A stretch of 64,000 nucleotides of DNA. Source: Prochlorococcus sp. AG-418-O03. GTDB lineage: Bacteria; Cyanobacteriota; Cyanobacteriia; PCC-6307; Cyanobiaceae. Position numbers and translations under genes: made by a program. The stretch lies in contig QCMJ01000001.1 of NCBI GenBank assembly GCA_003213855.1, positions 88,500 through 152,499 on the forward strand, given 5' to 3'. The first letter of the stretch is position 1. The number at the start of each line of letters is the position of its first letter. Shown piece after piece: positions 10,646 to 21,514 of the stretch. A model generated the notes under the pieces. It did not search any database. It saw only the letters and a list, made by a program, of their open reading frames with translations, and was not told the origin of the DNA.

Positions 10646-10838
10646 AACTAATAATTTCTAAAATGATTAACCTAAGTTGCTGATCATACTGAATTTTGTG
10701 CAATAACGTAAGTCTTTTTTGATTTATTAAGCAAATAAGTCTAGTTTTGTATTAATTCAAGAAAAAAAAACATTTTTTTTAAGAAAAAATAGCAAAATTC
10801 AACTTAGAAGTTATTTTGATTTAAGTAAAAGATAAACA

Positions 10839-12248
10839 TTGGATAAAGAATTACTATTGAAAAGTCATTTTCATTTTATTGGAATTGGAGGCATTGGGAT
10901 GTCAGCATTAGCAATGGGTTTACTTAAAAAAGGTTGTTCAGTTTCAGGATCTGATTTAGTTAAAAACGATGAAACAAATAAATTAGAAAAATTAGGTGCA
11001 GTAATCTTTACTTCTCAAGTTCGACAAAATATTGAATTTGTTATTTCAAAATTTTCCAACAAATTAATTAATTTTGTTGTAAGCTCCGCCATCAAGCCAG
11101 AAAATGAAGAATTTTCGTACTGTAGAGAAAAAAATTTATCAATAAAACATCGTTCAGAGATACTTGCAATGCTAATGAGCAATTACACTGTATTGGCAGT
11201 AGCAGGCAGCCACGGAAAAACATCAACCAGTACATTTCTTTCTACAATACTTGAATTATGTACACATAATTCTTCTTCAATAACTGGAGGAATAATTCCT
11301 ATCTACAACTCTAATTGTCACTTAGAAAATACAAAATACTTGGTAGCTGAAGTTGATGAATCTGATGGCACAATTAACAAATATAAATCTGATATTGGAA
11401 TAATCAATAACATTGATTTTGATCATTGCGATCATTTTTCAAATTTAAGTGAAGTAATATCTTCTTTTAAAAGTTTTGCTACACACTCGAAAAAATTATT
11501 ACTTAATTTTGATTGTGAAACCTCAAGAAATAATTTTTATTCTAATTATAAGTGGTCAAACACTACGGCTAAAAACGTAGCTTATGCAATTATTCCGACT
11601 GAAATTAATTCAAGGTATACAATTGGAAAATATTATGAAAATGAAAAATTTATTAGTAGTTTAAATATTCCAATTCCAGGGTTACACAATCTATCTAATA
11701 TCACCGCAGCAATTGCAGCTTCAAGAATGATAGGAGTAGATTTTATAGAAATTAAGAAAAATGTAAAATATCTGAAACTACCAAAAAAAAGATTTGAATT
11801 TAGAGGCCAAATAGATGAAAGAAGTTTATATGATGATTATGCACATCACCCAAACGAAATAAAAGAGACGATTAAATTAGGAAGATTATTGATTCAGCAA
11901 AAACATAATAATAAATGTCAAAAAAGTAGATTAATAGCTATATTTCAACCTCATAGATACTCTCGAGTAAAGCAATTTACTAAAGAATTCGCTGAAGAAT
12001 TATCAAAAGCAGATGTTATTTATGTAACCAGTATTTATGGGGCAGGAGAAGAAAACGAAGATAAAATTACTTCGAAAATTATCACTGATTTAATTTATAA
12101 AAAAAATAAAAATGTTAATTACATAAATAATTATTATGCAGTTACAAAGAATTTTTACAAATTAACTCAAAAAGGGGATTTGATTTTGAATATGGGAGCT
12201 GGTGATTGTCATAATTTATGGTCAATTTTAAATGAAAAAAATAATTAA
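10839..12248 (+). CDS. murC: UDP-N-acetylmuramate--L-alanine ligase
   Basis: HFIGIGGIGMS, GSHGKTST, EVDESDG, DDYAHHP, FQPHRYSR, MGAGD. Confidence 0.96.
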   Translation: MDKELLLKSHFHFIGIGGIGMSALAMGLLKKGCSVSGSDLVKNDETNKLEKLGAVIFTSQVRQNIEFVISKFSNKLINFVVSSAIKPENEEFSYCREKNLSIKHRSEILAMLMSNYTVLAVAGSHGKTSTSTFLSTILELCTHNSSSITGGIIPIYNSNCHLENTKYLVAEVDESDGTINKYKSDIGIINNIDFDHCDHFSNLSEVISSFKSFATHSKKLLLNFDCETSRNNFYSNYKWSNTTAKNVAYAIIPTEINSRYTIGKYYENEKFISSLNIPIPGLHNLSNITAAIAASRMIGVDFIEIKKNVKYLKLPKKRFEFRGQIDERSLYDDYAHHPNEIKETIKLGRLLIQQKHNNKCQKSRLIAIFQPHRYSRVKQFTKEFAEELSKADVIYVTSIYGAGEENEDKITSKIITDLIYKKNKNVNYINNYYAVTKNFYKLTQKGDLILNMGAGDCHNLWSILNEKNN

Positions 12249-12264
12249 AATAAATAACTAATTT

Positions 12265-13158
12265 ATGAATAAAAAAAAATTTTCTGAAAACTGTAATTTA
12301 AGTAGTTATACAACTATAAAAGTGGGAGGAGTGGCTGAATATTTTGCTGAGCCAAGAAGCATTGAAGAACTTTCATATCTAATAAAATGGGCTAATTTAA
12401 ACAAACAAAGATGTCAAATAATTGGCGCAGGTTCAAATCTTTTAATAAATAATATTTTCATAAAAGGCTTAGTTATTTGTACAAAAAAATTGAAATTACT
12501 AAAGATAGAGCCATATTCAGGAATTGTTGAAGCGGAAGCAGGTGTAATGCTCCCAACATTATCTAATTCTCTTGCTAAAAATGGATTACAAGGAGGAGAA
12601 TGGGCTGTTGGAATTCCAGGAACATTAGGAGGAGCAATTTATATGAATGCTGGCACAGGTAATTTATCGCTAGCAAAAAATCTTATTTCCGTAAAAGTTA
12701 TTAATAATAAAACTCATGAAAAAATTGAAATTAAGAAAAAAGATATCAATTTTGAGTATAGATTTAGCTCTTTTCAAAGAAATGATTTAACAATTATTAG
12801 TGCAAGATTACATTTTGAACCTTATGGAAATCAAGAAAAATTGATTAAAACAACCAAACATAACCTTAAATTAAAAACAGAAACACAACCATATCATCTA
12901 CCAAGTTTTGGTAGTGTTTTTAAAAATCCTGAAAATAATTATGCAGCAAAATTAATTGATGATATGGGTTTAAAGGGATTTAAAATTGGCGGTGCTGAAA
13001 TTTCTACAATGCATTCAAATTTTATAATTAACACTTCTTCGGCAAGTTCAAAAGATATTTATGAATTAATAACAGTAATTCAACAAAAAGTACTACAAAA
13101 CAAAGGGATTTATTTGCAACCGGAAGTAAGAATGATTGGTTTTGACTATCCTAATTAA
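12265..13158 (+). CDS. murB: UDP-N-acetylenolpyruvoylglucosamine reductase
   Basis: [38 protein letters not shown]. Confidence 0.96.
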   Translation: MNKKKFSENCNLSSYTTIKVGGVAEYFAEPRSIEELSYLIKWANLNKQRCQIIGAGSNLLINNIFIKGLVICTKKLKLLKIEPYSGIVEAEAGVMLPTLSNSLAKNGLQGGEWAVGIPGTLGGAIYMNAGTGNLSLAKNLISVKVINNKTHEKIEIKKKDINFEYRFSSFQRNDLTIISARLHFEPYGNQEKLIKTTKHNLKLKTETQPYHLPSFGSVFKNPENNYAAKLIDDMGLKGFKIGGAEISTMHSNFIINTSSASSKDIYELITVIQQKVLQNKGIYLQPEVRMIGFDYPN

Positions 13159-13175
13159 AGAAACGTTTTTACAAA

Positions 13176-13526
13176 ATGGCGGGTTTTGGACTTCCTAACT
13201 TTGGACAACTTACGGAAGCTTTTAAAAAAGCTAAACAAATTCAGCAAGATGCTCAAAAATTACAAGATGAACTTGAAAATATGGAGATTGAAGGCAAAAG
13301 TGATGATGAGATGATAAAAGTTTGGATAAGTGGAAACCAACTTCCTTTAAAGGTAGAAGTACAAGAAAATATCTTAAATGCAAATAAAGAACAAATAGAG
13401 CAAAACATCCTACAAGCTATTCAAAAAGCTCATGAATTATCAACTACAACTATGAAAGAAAGGATGAATGATTTGACTGGTGGATTAAATCTTAATCTTC
13501 CTGGTTTTGATAATAGTGACTCTTAG
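13176..13526 (+). CDS. ybaB: YbaB/EbfC nucleoid-associated protein
   Basis: 116 aa; [17 protein letters not shown]...EG coiled coil and C-terminal [12 protein letters not shown]. Confidence 0.9.
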   Translation: MAGFGLPNFGQLTEAFKKAKQIQQDAQKLQDELENMEIEGKSDDEMIKVWISGNQLPLKVEVQENILNANKEQIEQNILQAIQKAHELSTTTMKERMNDLTGGLNLNLPGFDNSDS

Positions 13527-14409
13527 AAGACTCAACCATTTCTTTATAAAAAGAATATCTTTCGAAGGATTTATTTAAATTACATCCCTCATCGTTTAAA
13601 TGTAAGCAGTTACGAAATTTACACTTAATTCCTTCTTCGATTACCTGTTTATATATTTCTGAATAAAGATTTGGTAACAACTTAATATCAACCTCTAGAG
13701 GTTGCATATTAAAACCAGGAGTATCCACAATGTAACTTTGATTCGACATAGAAAATAACTCAACATTTCGAGTAGTATTTTTTCCTCTCTTAATTTTATT
13801 GGAAACTGGAGAAGTACTATTTTGAAGACCTGGAATAATCATATTTAGCAAAGTAGTTTTGCCAACTCCTGATGGACCCATAAAAATTGAACATTCTTTT
13901 TCCTTTAACTCGGCTAATAAATTTTTAAAGCAATCTGATTTCTGTAAATTTAAAGTTATTACTTGGTAACCCCATTCCTCAAATTTATCAAGTAGATATG
14001 ATCTTCTTTTATCAGAAATTAAATCACACTTTGTCAAAACTAATGAGACTTCAACTCCAATTGATTCTGCTGATATCAAAAACCTATTAACTTGAGATAA
14101 ATTTAACTCTGGTTCTTCAACGGAAAAAGTAACGTATATGTTAGAAATATTTGCAACTGAGGGTCTAACTAAAAGATTTTTTCTTTTTTTTAGACTTGTT
14201 ATTACTGCGCGTTTACTTTTAAAATCAATTTTTTCAATTGCTACTTCGTCTCCAACATAAATTAATTGATCCTTGAAATTTATTGATTTCTTAACCTTAC
14301 ATAAAAATTTCTCGCAATTTCCAGAGTTTTCTTGATTTTTTAAATCAACTAAAAAAAAATCATTAAATTTTTTCGTAACTAAACCTAAATATTTACTATT
14401 AGTTTTCAT
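13492..14409 (-). CDS. rsgA: Ribosome small-subunit-dependent GTPase A
   Basis: Circularly permuted GTPase: [32 protein letters not shown] zinc finger. Confidence 0.95.
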   Translation of the reverse strand: MKTNSKYLGLVTKKFNDFFLVDLKNQENSGNCEKFLCKVKKSINFKDQLIYVGDEVAIEKIDFKSKRAVITSLKKRKNLLVRPSVANISNIYVTFSVEEPELNLSQVNRFLISAESIGVEVSLVLTKCDLISDKRRSYLLDKFEEWGYQVITLNLQKSDCFKNLLAELKEKECSIFMGPSGVGKTTLLNMIIPGLQNSTSPVSNKIKRGKNTTRNVELFSMSNQSYIVDTPGFNMQPLEVDIKLLPNLYSEIYKQVIEEGIKCKFRNCLHLNDEGCNLNKSFERYSFYKEMVESSKSHYYQNQED

Positions 14410-14629
14410 AAAATATTTTTATTTTTATAAATTTTTCATTTTCTTTGATTTGTTTAAACAAACATCCCATCTCTTTTAAATTGCTTAATACCATTTCTTC
14501 TGGTTCGCCTTTATCTAGTTCAATAATAAGTTGTTCATTTTTAGATAACTTCTCCAAAGCCAATTTAATTTTGACGACATTTAAAGGACAGGGAACAGAT
14601 TTAAGATCCAAATGCTTTAAGGAAGTCAT
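14399..14629 (-). CDS. TusA/SirA-family sulfur-carrier-like protein
   Basis: LDLKSVPCPLN N-terminal motif, 76 aa; overlaps the dnaJ stop. Confidence 0.82.
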   Translation of the reverse strand: MTSLKHLDLKSVPCPLNVVKIKLALEKLSKNEQLIIELDKGEPEEMVLSNLKEMGCLFKQIKENEKFIKIKIFYEN

Positions 14630-15753
14630 TAAGATTCTTTACCAAATAATTTACTAAAAAGTCCACTACTGGAGTTAATATTTTTATCTGAATATTGAGA
14701 AGCTAAACCCTCTAAAAGCTCTCGTTCTGCGTCGGTTATACGAGTTGGTAATTTTACTTTTATTGAGACTTCATGATTTCCTCTCGCAACCGGATTACCA
14801 AGTCTAGGTACCCCTTTATTCTCAAGTGAAAGAGTTGTATTTGGCTGCGTGCCACTTGGAATTTTTAAATTAACATCTCCATCAACTGTAGTGATTTTTA
14901 CAGTGTCACCTAAAATAGCCTGTAAATAACTCACTGCTATTTCTGAGTAAATAGTTACACCATCTCTTTTAAGTTTTGAATCATTCTTAACCTTTATAAA
15001 AACATAAAGATCTCCAGGTGGACCCCCTTTCAAACCAACATTTCCCTCACCGGAAACTCTTAATTTAGTGCCAGTATCAACTCCTGCAGGAATATTAATT
15101 CGTAATTTTTTTCTGACTTGCTTTACTCCGTTACCACCGCAACTTGTACATGGATCTGAGATTATTTGACCAGTTCCATTACATGAAGGACATTCAGCTA
15201 CTTGTGTGAAATTGCCAAAAGGTGTTCTAGTAGCTCTTCTAACTTGTCCACTTCCTCCACAAGTTGTGCAAGTTTTTGGACCGGTTCCTGGTTTGGCACC
15301 TGTTCCCCTACAGACTTCACATGTCTCAAGATGAGGAATTGTGATTTCTCTTTGTTGGCCAAATATTGCATCTTTAAAATCAACAGTAAGGTCATATCTT
15401 AAATCATCTCCTTGTTGAGGACCTCTTCTTTGAGTTCTTCCTCCCTGTGGAGTTTGCCCACCAAAGCCATTAAAAAAGGTTTCAAATAAATCTGCAAACC
15501 CACCCATATCGCCCATATCAGGCATTCCAGCTGCACCTCCGAGACCAGCCTCTCCAAACTGATCATATCTAGCTCTAGTTTCAGGATCAGCTAATGCTTC
15601 GTAAGCCTTGCCAATTTCTTTAAATTTATCTTCAGCACCAGGTTCTTTATTAACGTCAGGATGATATTGTCTTGCTAATTTTCTATAAGCCCTTTTTAAG
15701 GTATCAGCGTCAGCATCTCGTGAAACTCCAAGTATTTGATAAAAATCAGCCAT
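14629..15753 (-). CDS. dnaJ: Chaperone DnaJ
   Basis: J domain with HPD, G/F region, four CxxCxGxG repeats. Confidence 0.98.
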   Translation of the reverse strand: MADFYQILGVSRDADADTLKRAYRKLARQYHPDVNKEPGAEDKFKEIGKAYEALADPETRARYDQFGEAGLGGAAGMPDMGDMGGFADLFETFFNGFGGQTPQGGRTQRRGPQQGDDLRYDLTVDFKDAIFGQQREITIPHLETCEVCRGTGAKPGTGPKTCTTCGGSGQVRRATRTPFGNFTQVAECPSCNGTGQIISDPCTSCGGNGVKQVRKKLRINIPAGVDTGTKLRVSGEGNVGLKGGPPGDLYVFIKVKNDSKLKRDGVTIYSEIAVSYLQAILGDTVKITTVDGDVNLKIPSGTQPNTTLSLENKGVPRLGNPVARGNHEVSIKVKLPTRITDAERELLEGLASQYSDKNINSSSGLFSKLFGKES

Positions 15754-15782
15754 TAAAAAACGCTCAAGTAAAAATTTGGAAT

Positions 15783-16502
15783 TTATACATCTTCAGAAGT
15801 ATTTTCCTCTGAATCAATACTCTCTTCAACTTTATCCTTTTCTACTTCCTCTTGTGAATTTTGTTTACCAGGTCCCATAGAAACCTTAACCAATGCATGT
15901 CTCAAAACCTTACCTTCTAGATGATATCCTCGCTGCAATTCTTCAATAATAAAATCCTCTTCAAACTCATCACTAGGTTCTCTTAATACCGCTTCATGCA
16001 AGCTTGGATCAAATTGCTGACCGACAACTCTCATGGGTGACACTCCCTGTTGTTTTAGAACTTCTACCAATTGTTTATACAATCCTTGATAACTTCTATG
16101 AAGAGCTTGAGCTTCCTCATTTTCTGGTTTAAGTTGTTGTCTTGCTCTCTCGAAATTATCAACAATAGGAAGAATTGCAGTTAAAGTCTTTGAAACGAGT
16201 TGGATTTTTAAATCGTCCTGATCCCTAGACTGCCTTTTTCTGAAATTATCAAAATCGGCTGAAATCCTTACATATTGATTTTTTAATGTTTCATGCTCTT
16301 TTTCTAATTGTTCTAATCTTGCATCATTATTTGAAATAGTATTTTTTAATTCTTCAGTATTTATTTCTTCTGTTTTTTGAGAAGGTAATTCATCATTTTC
16401 GGTAGTTGAATTTTTGGTAGATGATGTATCTCCAGGGGCATTATCCTGATTAGAATCATCATTTTCTTTATCATCAATATTGTCTGATTGATTTTCAATC
16501 AT
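15783..16502 (-). CDS. grpE: Nucleotide exchange factor GrpE
   Basis: [34 protein letters not shown]. Start placed at ATG 16502 (MIENQ). Confidence 0.96.
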   Translation of the reverse strand: MIENQSDNIDDKENDDSNQDNAPGDTSSTKNSTTENDELPSQKTEEINTEELKNTISNNDARLEQLEKEHETLKNQYVRISADFDNFRKRQSRDQDDLKIQLVSKTLTAILPIVDNFERARQQLKPENEEAQALHRSYQGLYKQLVEVLKQQGVSPMRVVGQQFDPSLHEAVLREPSDEFEEDFIIEELQRGYHLEGKVLRHALVKVSMGPGKQNSQEEVEKDKVEESIDSEENTSEDV

Positions 16503-16555
16503 TTTTTTAAAATTTAATAAAACTATTTTCCAATAAAGTGATGCACAAAACAAGT

Positions 16556-16569
16556 TGCGGAAGGCCGCA
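16556..16569 (-). terminator. Short GC hairpin, probable msrB terminator or processing site
   Basis: TGCGG-AAGG-CCGCA just after the msrB stop; on the minus strand it is followed by ACTTGTTTT. Confidence 0.45.
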
Positions 16570-16576
16570 CAAATAT

Positions 16577-17071
16577 TTAGTCAGGAACAAACCTTAATGC
16601 TAATCCGTTATTACAGTATCTTTTCCCTGTAGGAAGCGGCCCATCATTAAAAACATGTCCCTGATGACCTCCGCATCTAGAGCAGTGATATTCGGTTCTT
16701 GGGACAATGAGTTTAAAATCAACCTTTGTTGCAACTGATCCTTGAATTGGATCCCAAAAACTTGGCCATCCAGTGCCGCTATCAAACTTTTTATCTGAGA
16801 GAAAAAGTGGTAAATCACATCCTGCGCAGTGAAAAACCCCTTTTCTTTTCTCATTATTTAATTCGCTACTGAAAGCTCTTTCAGTGCCTTCCTCCCTCAA
16901 AATATAATAGGATTCTGGACTTAGTCTAGATTTCCATTCTTCTTTTGATAAATTCCACTCCTCTTTAGAAGCAAGCGAAGAAGCTAAAACTTGCATAGGC
17001 TTAAAAAATGTTTTTAGTATTGACATAGTAGGAATTAGAATAAAAGTTCTTCTTGATAAAAATTGATTCAT
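16577..17071 (-). CDS. msrB: Peptide-methionine (R)-S-oxide reductase with Tat-like signal peptide
   Basis: GTERAF, Cxx[12 protein letters not shown], Cxx[14 protein letters not shown]; N-terminus [12 protein letters not shown]. Confidence 0.94.
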   Translation of the reverse strand: MNQFLSRRTFILIPTMSILKTFFKPMQVLASSLASKEEWNLSKEEWKSRLSPESYYILREEGTERAFSSELNNEKRKGVFHCAGCDLPLFLSDKKFDSGTGWPSFWDPIQGSVATKVDFKLIVPRTEYHCSRCGGHQGHVFNDGPLPTGKRYCNNGLALRFVPD

Positions 17072-17093
17072 ATATTTACTCACATAAAAAGTA

Positions 17094-18098
17094 ATGAGTT
17101 CCATATATCCTGATTCTATTAAAAATATTCATAAATTAAGTATTGCTCCAATGATGGATTGTACTGATAAACATTTCAGAATGATAATGAGAAAAATAAG
17201 TTCTGAAGCTCTTTTGTATACGGAAATGATTGTGGCCCAAAGTTTAGTTTATACGAGTAAAAAAGAAAATTTTCTAGATTTTAATGATGAAGAACACCCT
17301 ATATCGATTCAGTTTGGTGGGGACGATCCTAAAATCCTTAAAGAGGCAGCACAAATGGCACAGGATTGGGGTTATGACGAAATAAACTTTAATGTTGGTT
17401 GTCCGAGTCCAAGGGTCTGTTCTGGAAATTTTGGCGCTTCACTTATGAAAGATCCTGAAAAAGTAGCAAAATGTATAGAGTCCTTAAAAAATAATTGCAA
17501 CTTACCGATTACGATCAAACACAGAATCGGTGTAGATAATGATGATAGTTTCGCTAACTTGAATAATTTCGTAAGAATTATCGCAAGTGCTGGTGCAGAC
17601 AGATTTACAGTTCATGCAAGAAAAGCAATATTAAAAGGTCTAAATCCAAAACAAAACAGGACCATACCTCCACTAAATTATGATGTAGTAAAAAAATTGA
17701 AAAAATCAAATCCAGAATTATTAATAGAAATCAATGGGGGTTTAACAAATATCGATCAATCATTAAAAGCCTTGAATGATTTTGATGGAGTCATGATTGG
17801 TAGGTCAATATATAAACATCCGTTGAGATGGTCTGAAATTGATGAGAAGATTTATGGAATTCATAAAAAACCCAAATCTGCATCCAATATTATATTTTCC
17901 TTAATTCCATACATAGAAGCACATTTAATTAATGGAGGAAAATCTTGGGATATTTGTAAACATCTTATAAATTTAGTTGAAGGTATACCAAAAGCAAAAA
18001 TTTGGAGAAATCAAATTTCAAATAAATCTTTAAAAAAAGAATTAAATATTGAATATCTATTTAAATTAACTACCGCGCTTGAAGAAATGGGTTACTAA
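17094..18098 (+). CDS. dusA: tRNA-dihydrouridine(20/20a) synthase
   Basis: SIAPMMD, NFNVGCPSPRV, HARKA, NRTIPPL, INGG. Confidence 0.93.
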   Translation: MSSIYPDSIKNIHKLSIAPMMDCTDKHFRMIMRKISSEALLYTEMIVAQSLVYTSKKENFLDFNDEEHPISIQFGGDDPKILKEAAQMAQDWGYDEINFNVGCPSPRVCSGNFGASLMKDPEKVAKCIESLKNNCNLPITIKHRIGVDNDDSFANLNNFVRIIASAGADRFTVHARKAILKGLNPKQNRTIPPLNYDVVKKLKKSNPELLIEINGGLTNIDQSLKALNDFDGVMIGRSIYKHPLRWSEIDEKIYGIHKKPKSASNIIFSLIPYIEAHLINGGKSWDICKHLINLVEGIPKAKIWRNQISNKSLKKELNIEYLFKLTTALEEMGY

Positions 18099-18550
18099 TT
18101 TGTCTCGTTTGAAGCATTGCTCTCATTGGACACTCCCCTTTTTCTTCTGCTTCTCCCATTTTCATATTCAGAGTTATCAGAAGAATTTCCATAACTTCTG
18201 TCTTCCCAACCTTCTGCTCCAGAGGATTTATTAGCGTTAGAGCTATTAGATCCATTGCCGCCGTAGCCGCCACCTCCGCCTCTTCCTCCTCTACGAGATC
18301 CACCAGAACCTCTAGGCTCAGCTTTATTAATTCTTAATGGCCTACCCATAAGTTCCGTTCCTTGCAAACCGTCAATAGCTTTTGACTCAATCGCTTCATC
18401 TGCCATTTCAATAAATGCGAATCCTCTTTTCCTTCCAGTATCCCTCTCCAAGGGAAGAGAACAATTTAAGACTTCACCAAAAGGGGCAAACAACTGTAAA
18501 ACATCTTCACGCTCTGCGCGGAACGGCAAATTGCCAACAAAAATACTCAC
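18095..18550 (-). CDS. rbp: RRM RNA-binding protein with short glycine-rich region
   Basis: RNP2 IFVGNL and RNP1 RGFAFIEM, followed by an RGG/GYGG tail; GTG start. Confidence 0.93.
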   Translation of the reverse strand: MSIFVGNLPFRAEREDVLQLFAPFGEVLNCSLPLERDTGRKRGFAFIEMADEAIESKAIDGLQGTELMGRPLRINKAEPRGSGGSRRGGRGGGGGYGGNGSNSSNANKSSGAEGWEDRSYGNSSDNSEYENGRSRRKRGVSNESNASNETN

Positions 18551-18661
18551 TTTAAACTCAAAAAAATTTAACTTATAAAAAAACTACAATGAGTAGTCTC
18601 ATAACGTTGCTTTACTATTCTACTTCAAAGCATACCCTTGTTGTAGAAAAATAATTGATAT

Positions 18662-20041
18662 TCAAAGTAACAATCTTTTTTGCCAATTATTTACTTCTTT
18701 TTCTACTTGAACAAAACCTGTACCACCTTCGCTATTTCTTGATTTAACGACATTAAGAGGTTTAAGATCTACAAAAACATCCTCATCAAATTCGGGATGA
18801 AATTTTTTAAATTCTTCAATTTTAAGATTTTTAAATAACATTTTTCTCTTCAGGCAATATTTAACCATTTGACCAACAACTTGATAAGCGGTCCTGAAAG
18901 GAACATCTTTATCAACTAAGTAATCTGCCAAATCAGTAGCATTAGAAAAGTCGTTTTCTACAGAATCAGATAGATTTTGAATATTAAATTCAATGCCCTC
19001 ATTAATTAAAATAGTCATTGCTTTAATACAAGAAGATATTGTTTCTGCAGTATCAAAAATCGGCTCTTTATCCTCTTGAAAATCCTTATTATAAGAAAGT
19101 GGTACCCCTTTGACCATCGTTAACAATGCCTGGAGATGTCCATAAACTCTGCCTGTCTTACCTCTTATCAATTCTGGAACGTCAGGATTTTTTTTCTGCG
19201 GCATTAGGCTACTTCCTGTGGCACATTTATCTGTTAATTTTGCAAAAGAAAATTCATCAGTTACCCATAAAATTATTTCCTCTGAAATTTTACTTAAATG
19301 AGACATCAATATAGCAGATGCAGAAACAAACTCTATACAAAAATCTCTATCACTTACTGCATCAATACTGTTTTTATAAATCTTTTTAAAACCCAATTCT
19401 GAAGCTGTAAAGTGTCTATCTATTTTTATTTTTGTTCCAGCTAATGCTGCAGCTCCTAAGGGAGAAATATTAACTCTTGAGCGTACTTCTTTATACCTTT
19501 CACGGTCTCTTTGGAGCATTTCTATGTAAGCCAATAAATGATGAGCCAAAGATAATGGTTGCGCTCTTTGCATGTGGGTATATCCAGGAATTAAGGTATA
19601 AATATTGGATTTCGCAAGATTTAAGAAGGATTTTTGCAAATCGGTTATTAAAATTTCAATATTGTCAATCTCTTTTCTTAGCCACAATCTTATATCTGTT
19701 CCAACTTGATCATTTCTACTTCTACCTGTGTGTAATTTTTTTCCAGTTTCACCAATTAAACTTATCAGCTTTTCTTCTATGCAATAGTGAATATCTTCAG
19801 AAGGTGGACTAGGAGAAAATTTACCCTCCAAATACTCAACTTTTATTAATTCTAAACCATTAATAATTTGGTAAGCCTCAGAAGAGGATAAAACTTTTGT
19901 TTTGCCAAGCATTTTTGCATGAGCAATCGAACAATCTAAATCTTCCAAAATAAGCTTTCTATCAAAACCAATTGAGGCATTAAACTTTTCAATAAAAGGG
20001 TCAAGTGCATTATCAAACCTTTTACTCCAAACTTTTGCCAT
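18662..20041 (-). CDS. argH: Argininosuccinate lyase
   Basis: [41 protein letters not shown]. Confidence 0.98.
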   Translation of the reverse strand: MAKVWSKRFDNALDPFIEKFNASIGFDRKLILEDLDCSIAHAKMLGKTKVLSSSEAYQIINGLELIKVEYLEGKFSPSPPSEDIHYCIEEKLISLIGETGKKLHTGRSRNDQVGTDIRLWLRKEIDNIEILITDLQKSFLNLAKSNIYTLIPGYTHMQRAQPLSLAHHLLAYIEMLQRDRERYKEVRSRVNISPLGAAALAGTKIKIDRHFTASELGFKKIYKNSIDAVSDRDFCIEFVSASAILMSHLSKISEEIILWVTDEFSFAKLTDKCATGSSLMPQKKNPDVPELIRGKTGRVYGHLQALLTMVKGVPLSYNKDFQEDKEPIFDTAETISSCIKAMTILINEGIEFNIQNLSDSVENDFSNATDLADYLVDKDVPFRTAYQVVGQMVKYCLKRKMLFKNLKIEEFKKFHPEFDEDVFVDLKPLNVVKSRNSEGGTGFVQVEKEVNNWQKRLLL

Positions 20042-20103
20042 ATCATTTAGTAACTTTAAGTATCTCTAATAAAGCATTTTTTTATATAAGTGACAAAAAA
20101 TAT

Positions 20104-21447
20104 CTATTTCAATTGAAAAATAACCATCGAGGCATCATCTTCAAGATGTCTATTTTGCCCTGTAAAATCATCTAACTTTTTAAATATTTTATTTAAGATT
20201 TCTTGGGATGTATAAGATTGCTTGCATAATTTTGTGAGGGTTTTAATTAATCTTTCCTCATCAAATCTTTGTCCTAAAGAGTTAGAAGTATCAATTACTC
20301 CATCTGTGTAATAAAGAACTAAATCATTTTGATTAAGCTTGATTTCACCACAGTGATATTCAGCATCTGTTTGTAGCCCAAGTACAAATCCTTTTGCATC
20401 TAATTTAATAATTTTCTGATCTGAATTTTTCCAAAGCAGAGGAGGGTTATGTGCTGCATTAGCGAATCTCAATTTTCTAGTTCTAGGATCATAATCTGAG
20501 TAAAATAATGTCACAAATCTATGAGATTGATCTAAATCATTGATTGCTAGTTGATTCAAATCATGCAAAATTCTATCTGGAGGCAGACCTGTAAGAACCT
20601 CTGCACGAAGCATTCCTCTTAACATAGTCATTAAAAGACCGGCTGGAATCCCTTTGCCCATGACATCACCTATTACAAAAGCCCATCTTGATTTTTCTTT
20701 CCTTTTTTCAGAGATATTCGTCTTTAAGCACATAAAATCATAGTAATCTCCACCGAGCTGAAGAGCTGGTCTACAATGTGCGGCCAAGTCTATACCATGG
20801 ATGATTGGGCAATAATCCGGGAGTAGTTGAGATTGAATTTCTGCACCAGTAGAAATTTCTCTATCTACATTTTCATGCTTTTTCTTTGTTTTTATTAAGT
20901 AGTGATTTTCTAATCCAACAGCTAGACAATTTTCAATAAAATTAAAATTACTATCTTCAGTAATCGACTGTCTAGAAATAGCTTCGCTAAAAATATAAAT
21001 AAATCCTCTACATTTGCCTCTAGATATTATTTTTTTTGTTTCAATTTTATATTCTTTAAATTTATTTTTTAAAGCATTTTCAAAAGTTAGAATTTCTTTT
21101 ATTTTAAAATTTTTTGAGAAATGAAATTGGTCCAAAAAACTATTAATTTCTTCTTCAATCGTTAAATATTCGTAATTAACTGAAATTTTTATATTTTCAT
21201 TCCATATCTCCCCCTCGTAATTCAAAGGAATAATTACAATTATATTCTCAGAAAAAATATGTTTAAAAATTAAGCATACATAATCCAGTAATTTATTTAT
21301 GTTGGAAAAAGATTTTAAATAATATGCTAAGGAGGATGCAATTTCAGCAAATTTATATTTATTTTTTAGAGTTACTTTAGAATCATTTTCTAAAAAATTT
21401 TGGATAAATTTATTCGAAAATATTTTTTCTTTTTGATTATTTGTCAA
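20104..21447 (-). CDS. RsbU/SpoIIE-family PP2C Ser/Thr phosphatase
   Basis: GGDYYD, GDVMGKG, NAAHNPP, YTDGV, DDAS motifs; divergent N-terminal region. Confidence 0.9.
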   Translation of the reverse strand: MTNNQKEKIFSNKFIQNFLENDSKVTLKNKYKFAEIASSLAYYLKSFSNINKLLDYVCLIFKHIFSENIIVIIPLNYEGEIWNENIKISVNYEYLTIEEEINSFLDQFHFSKNFKIKEILTFENALKNKFKEYKIETKKIISRGKCRGFIYIFSEAISRQSITEDSNFNFIENCLAVGLENHYLIKTKKKHENVDREISTGAEIQSQLLPDYCPIIHGIDLAAHCRPALQLGGDYYDFMCLKTNISEKRKEKSRWAFVIGDVMGKGIPAGLLMTMLRGMLRAEVLTGLPPDRILHDLNQLAINDLDQSHRFVTLFYSDYDPRTRKLRFANAAHNPPLLWKNSDQKIIKLDAKGFVLGLQTDAEYHCGEIKLNQNDLVLYYTDGVIDTSNSLGQRFDEERLIKTLTKLCKQSYTSQEILNKIFKKLDDFTGQNRHLEDDASMVIFQLK

Positions 21448-21514
21448 AGCAAATCTAATAGATAAGTATGTTTTAACATTAAATTTAAGTTTTTAAAAAA
21501 AATTAATTAAATAT

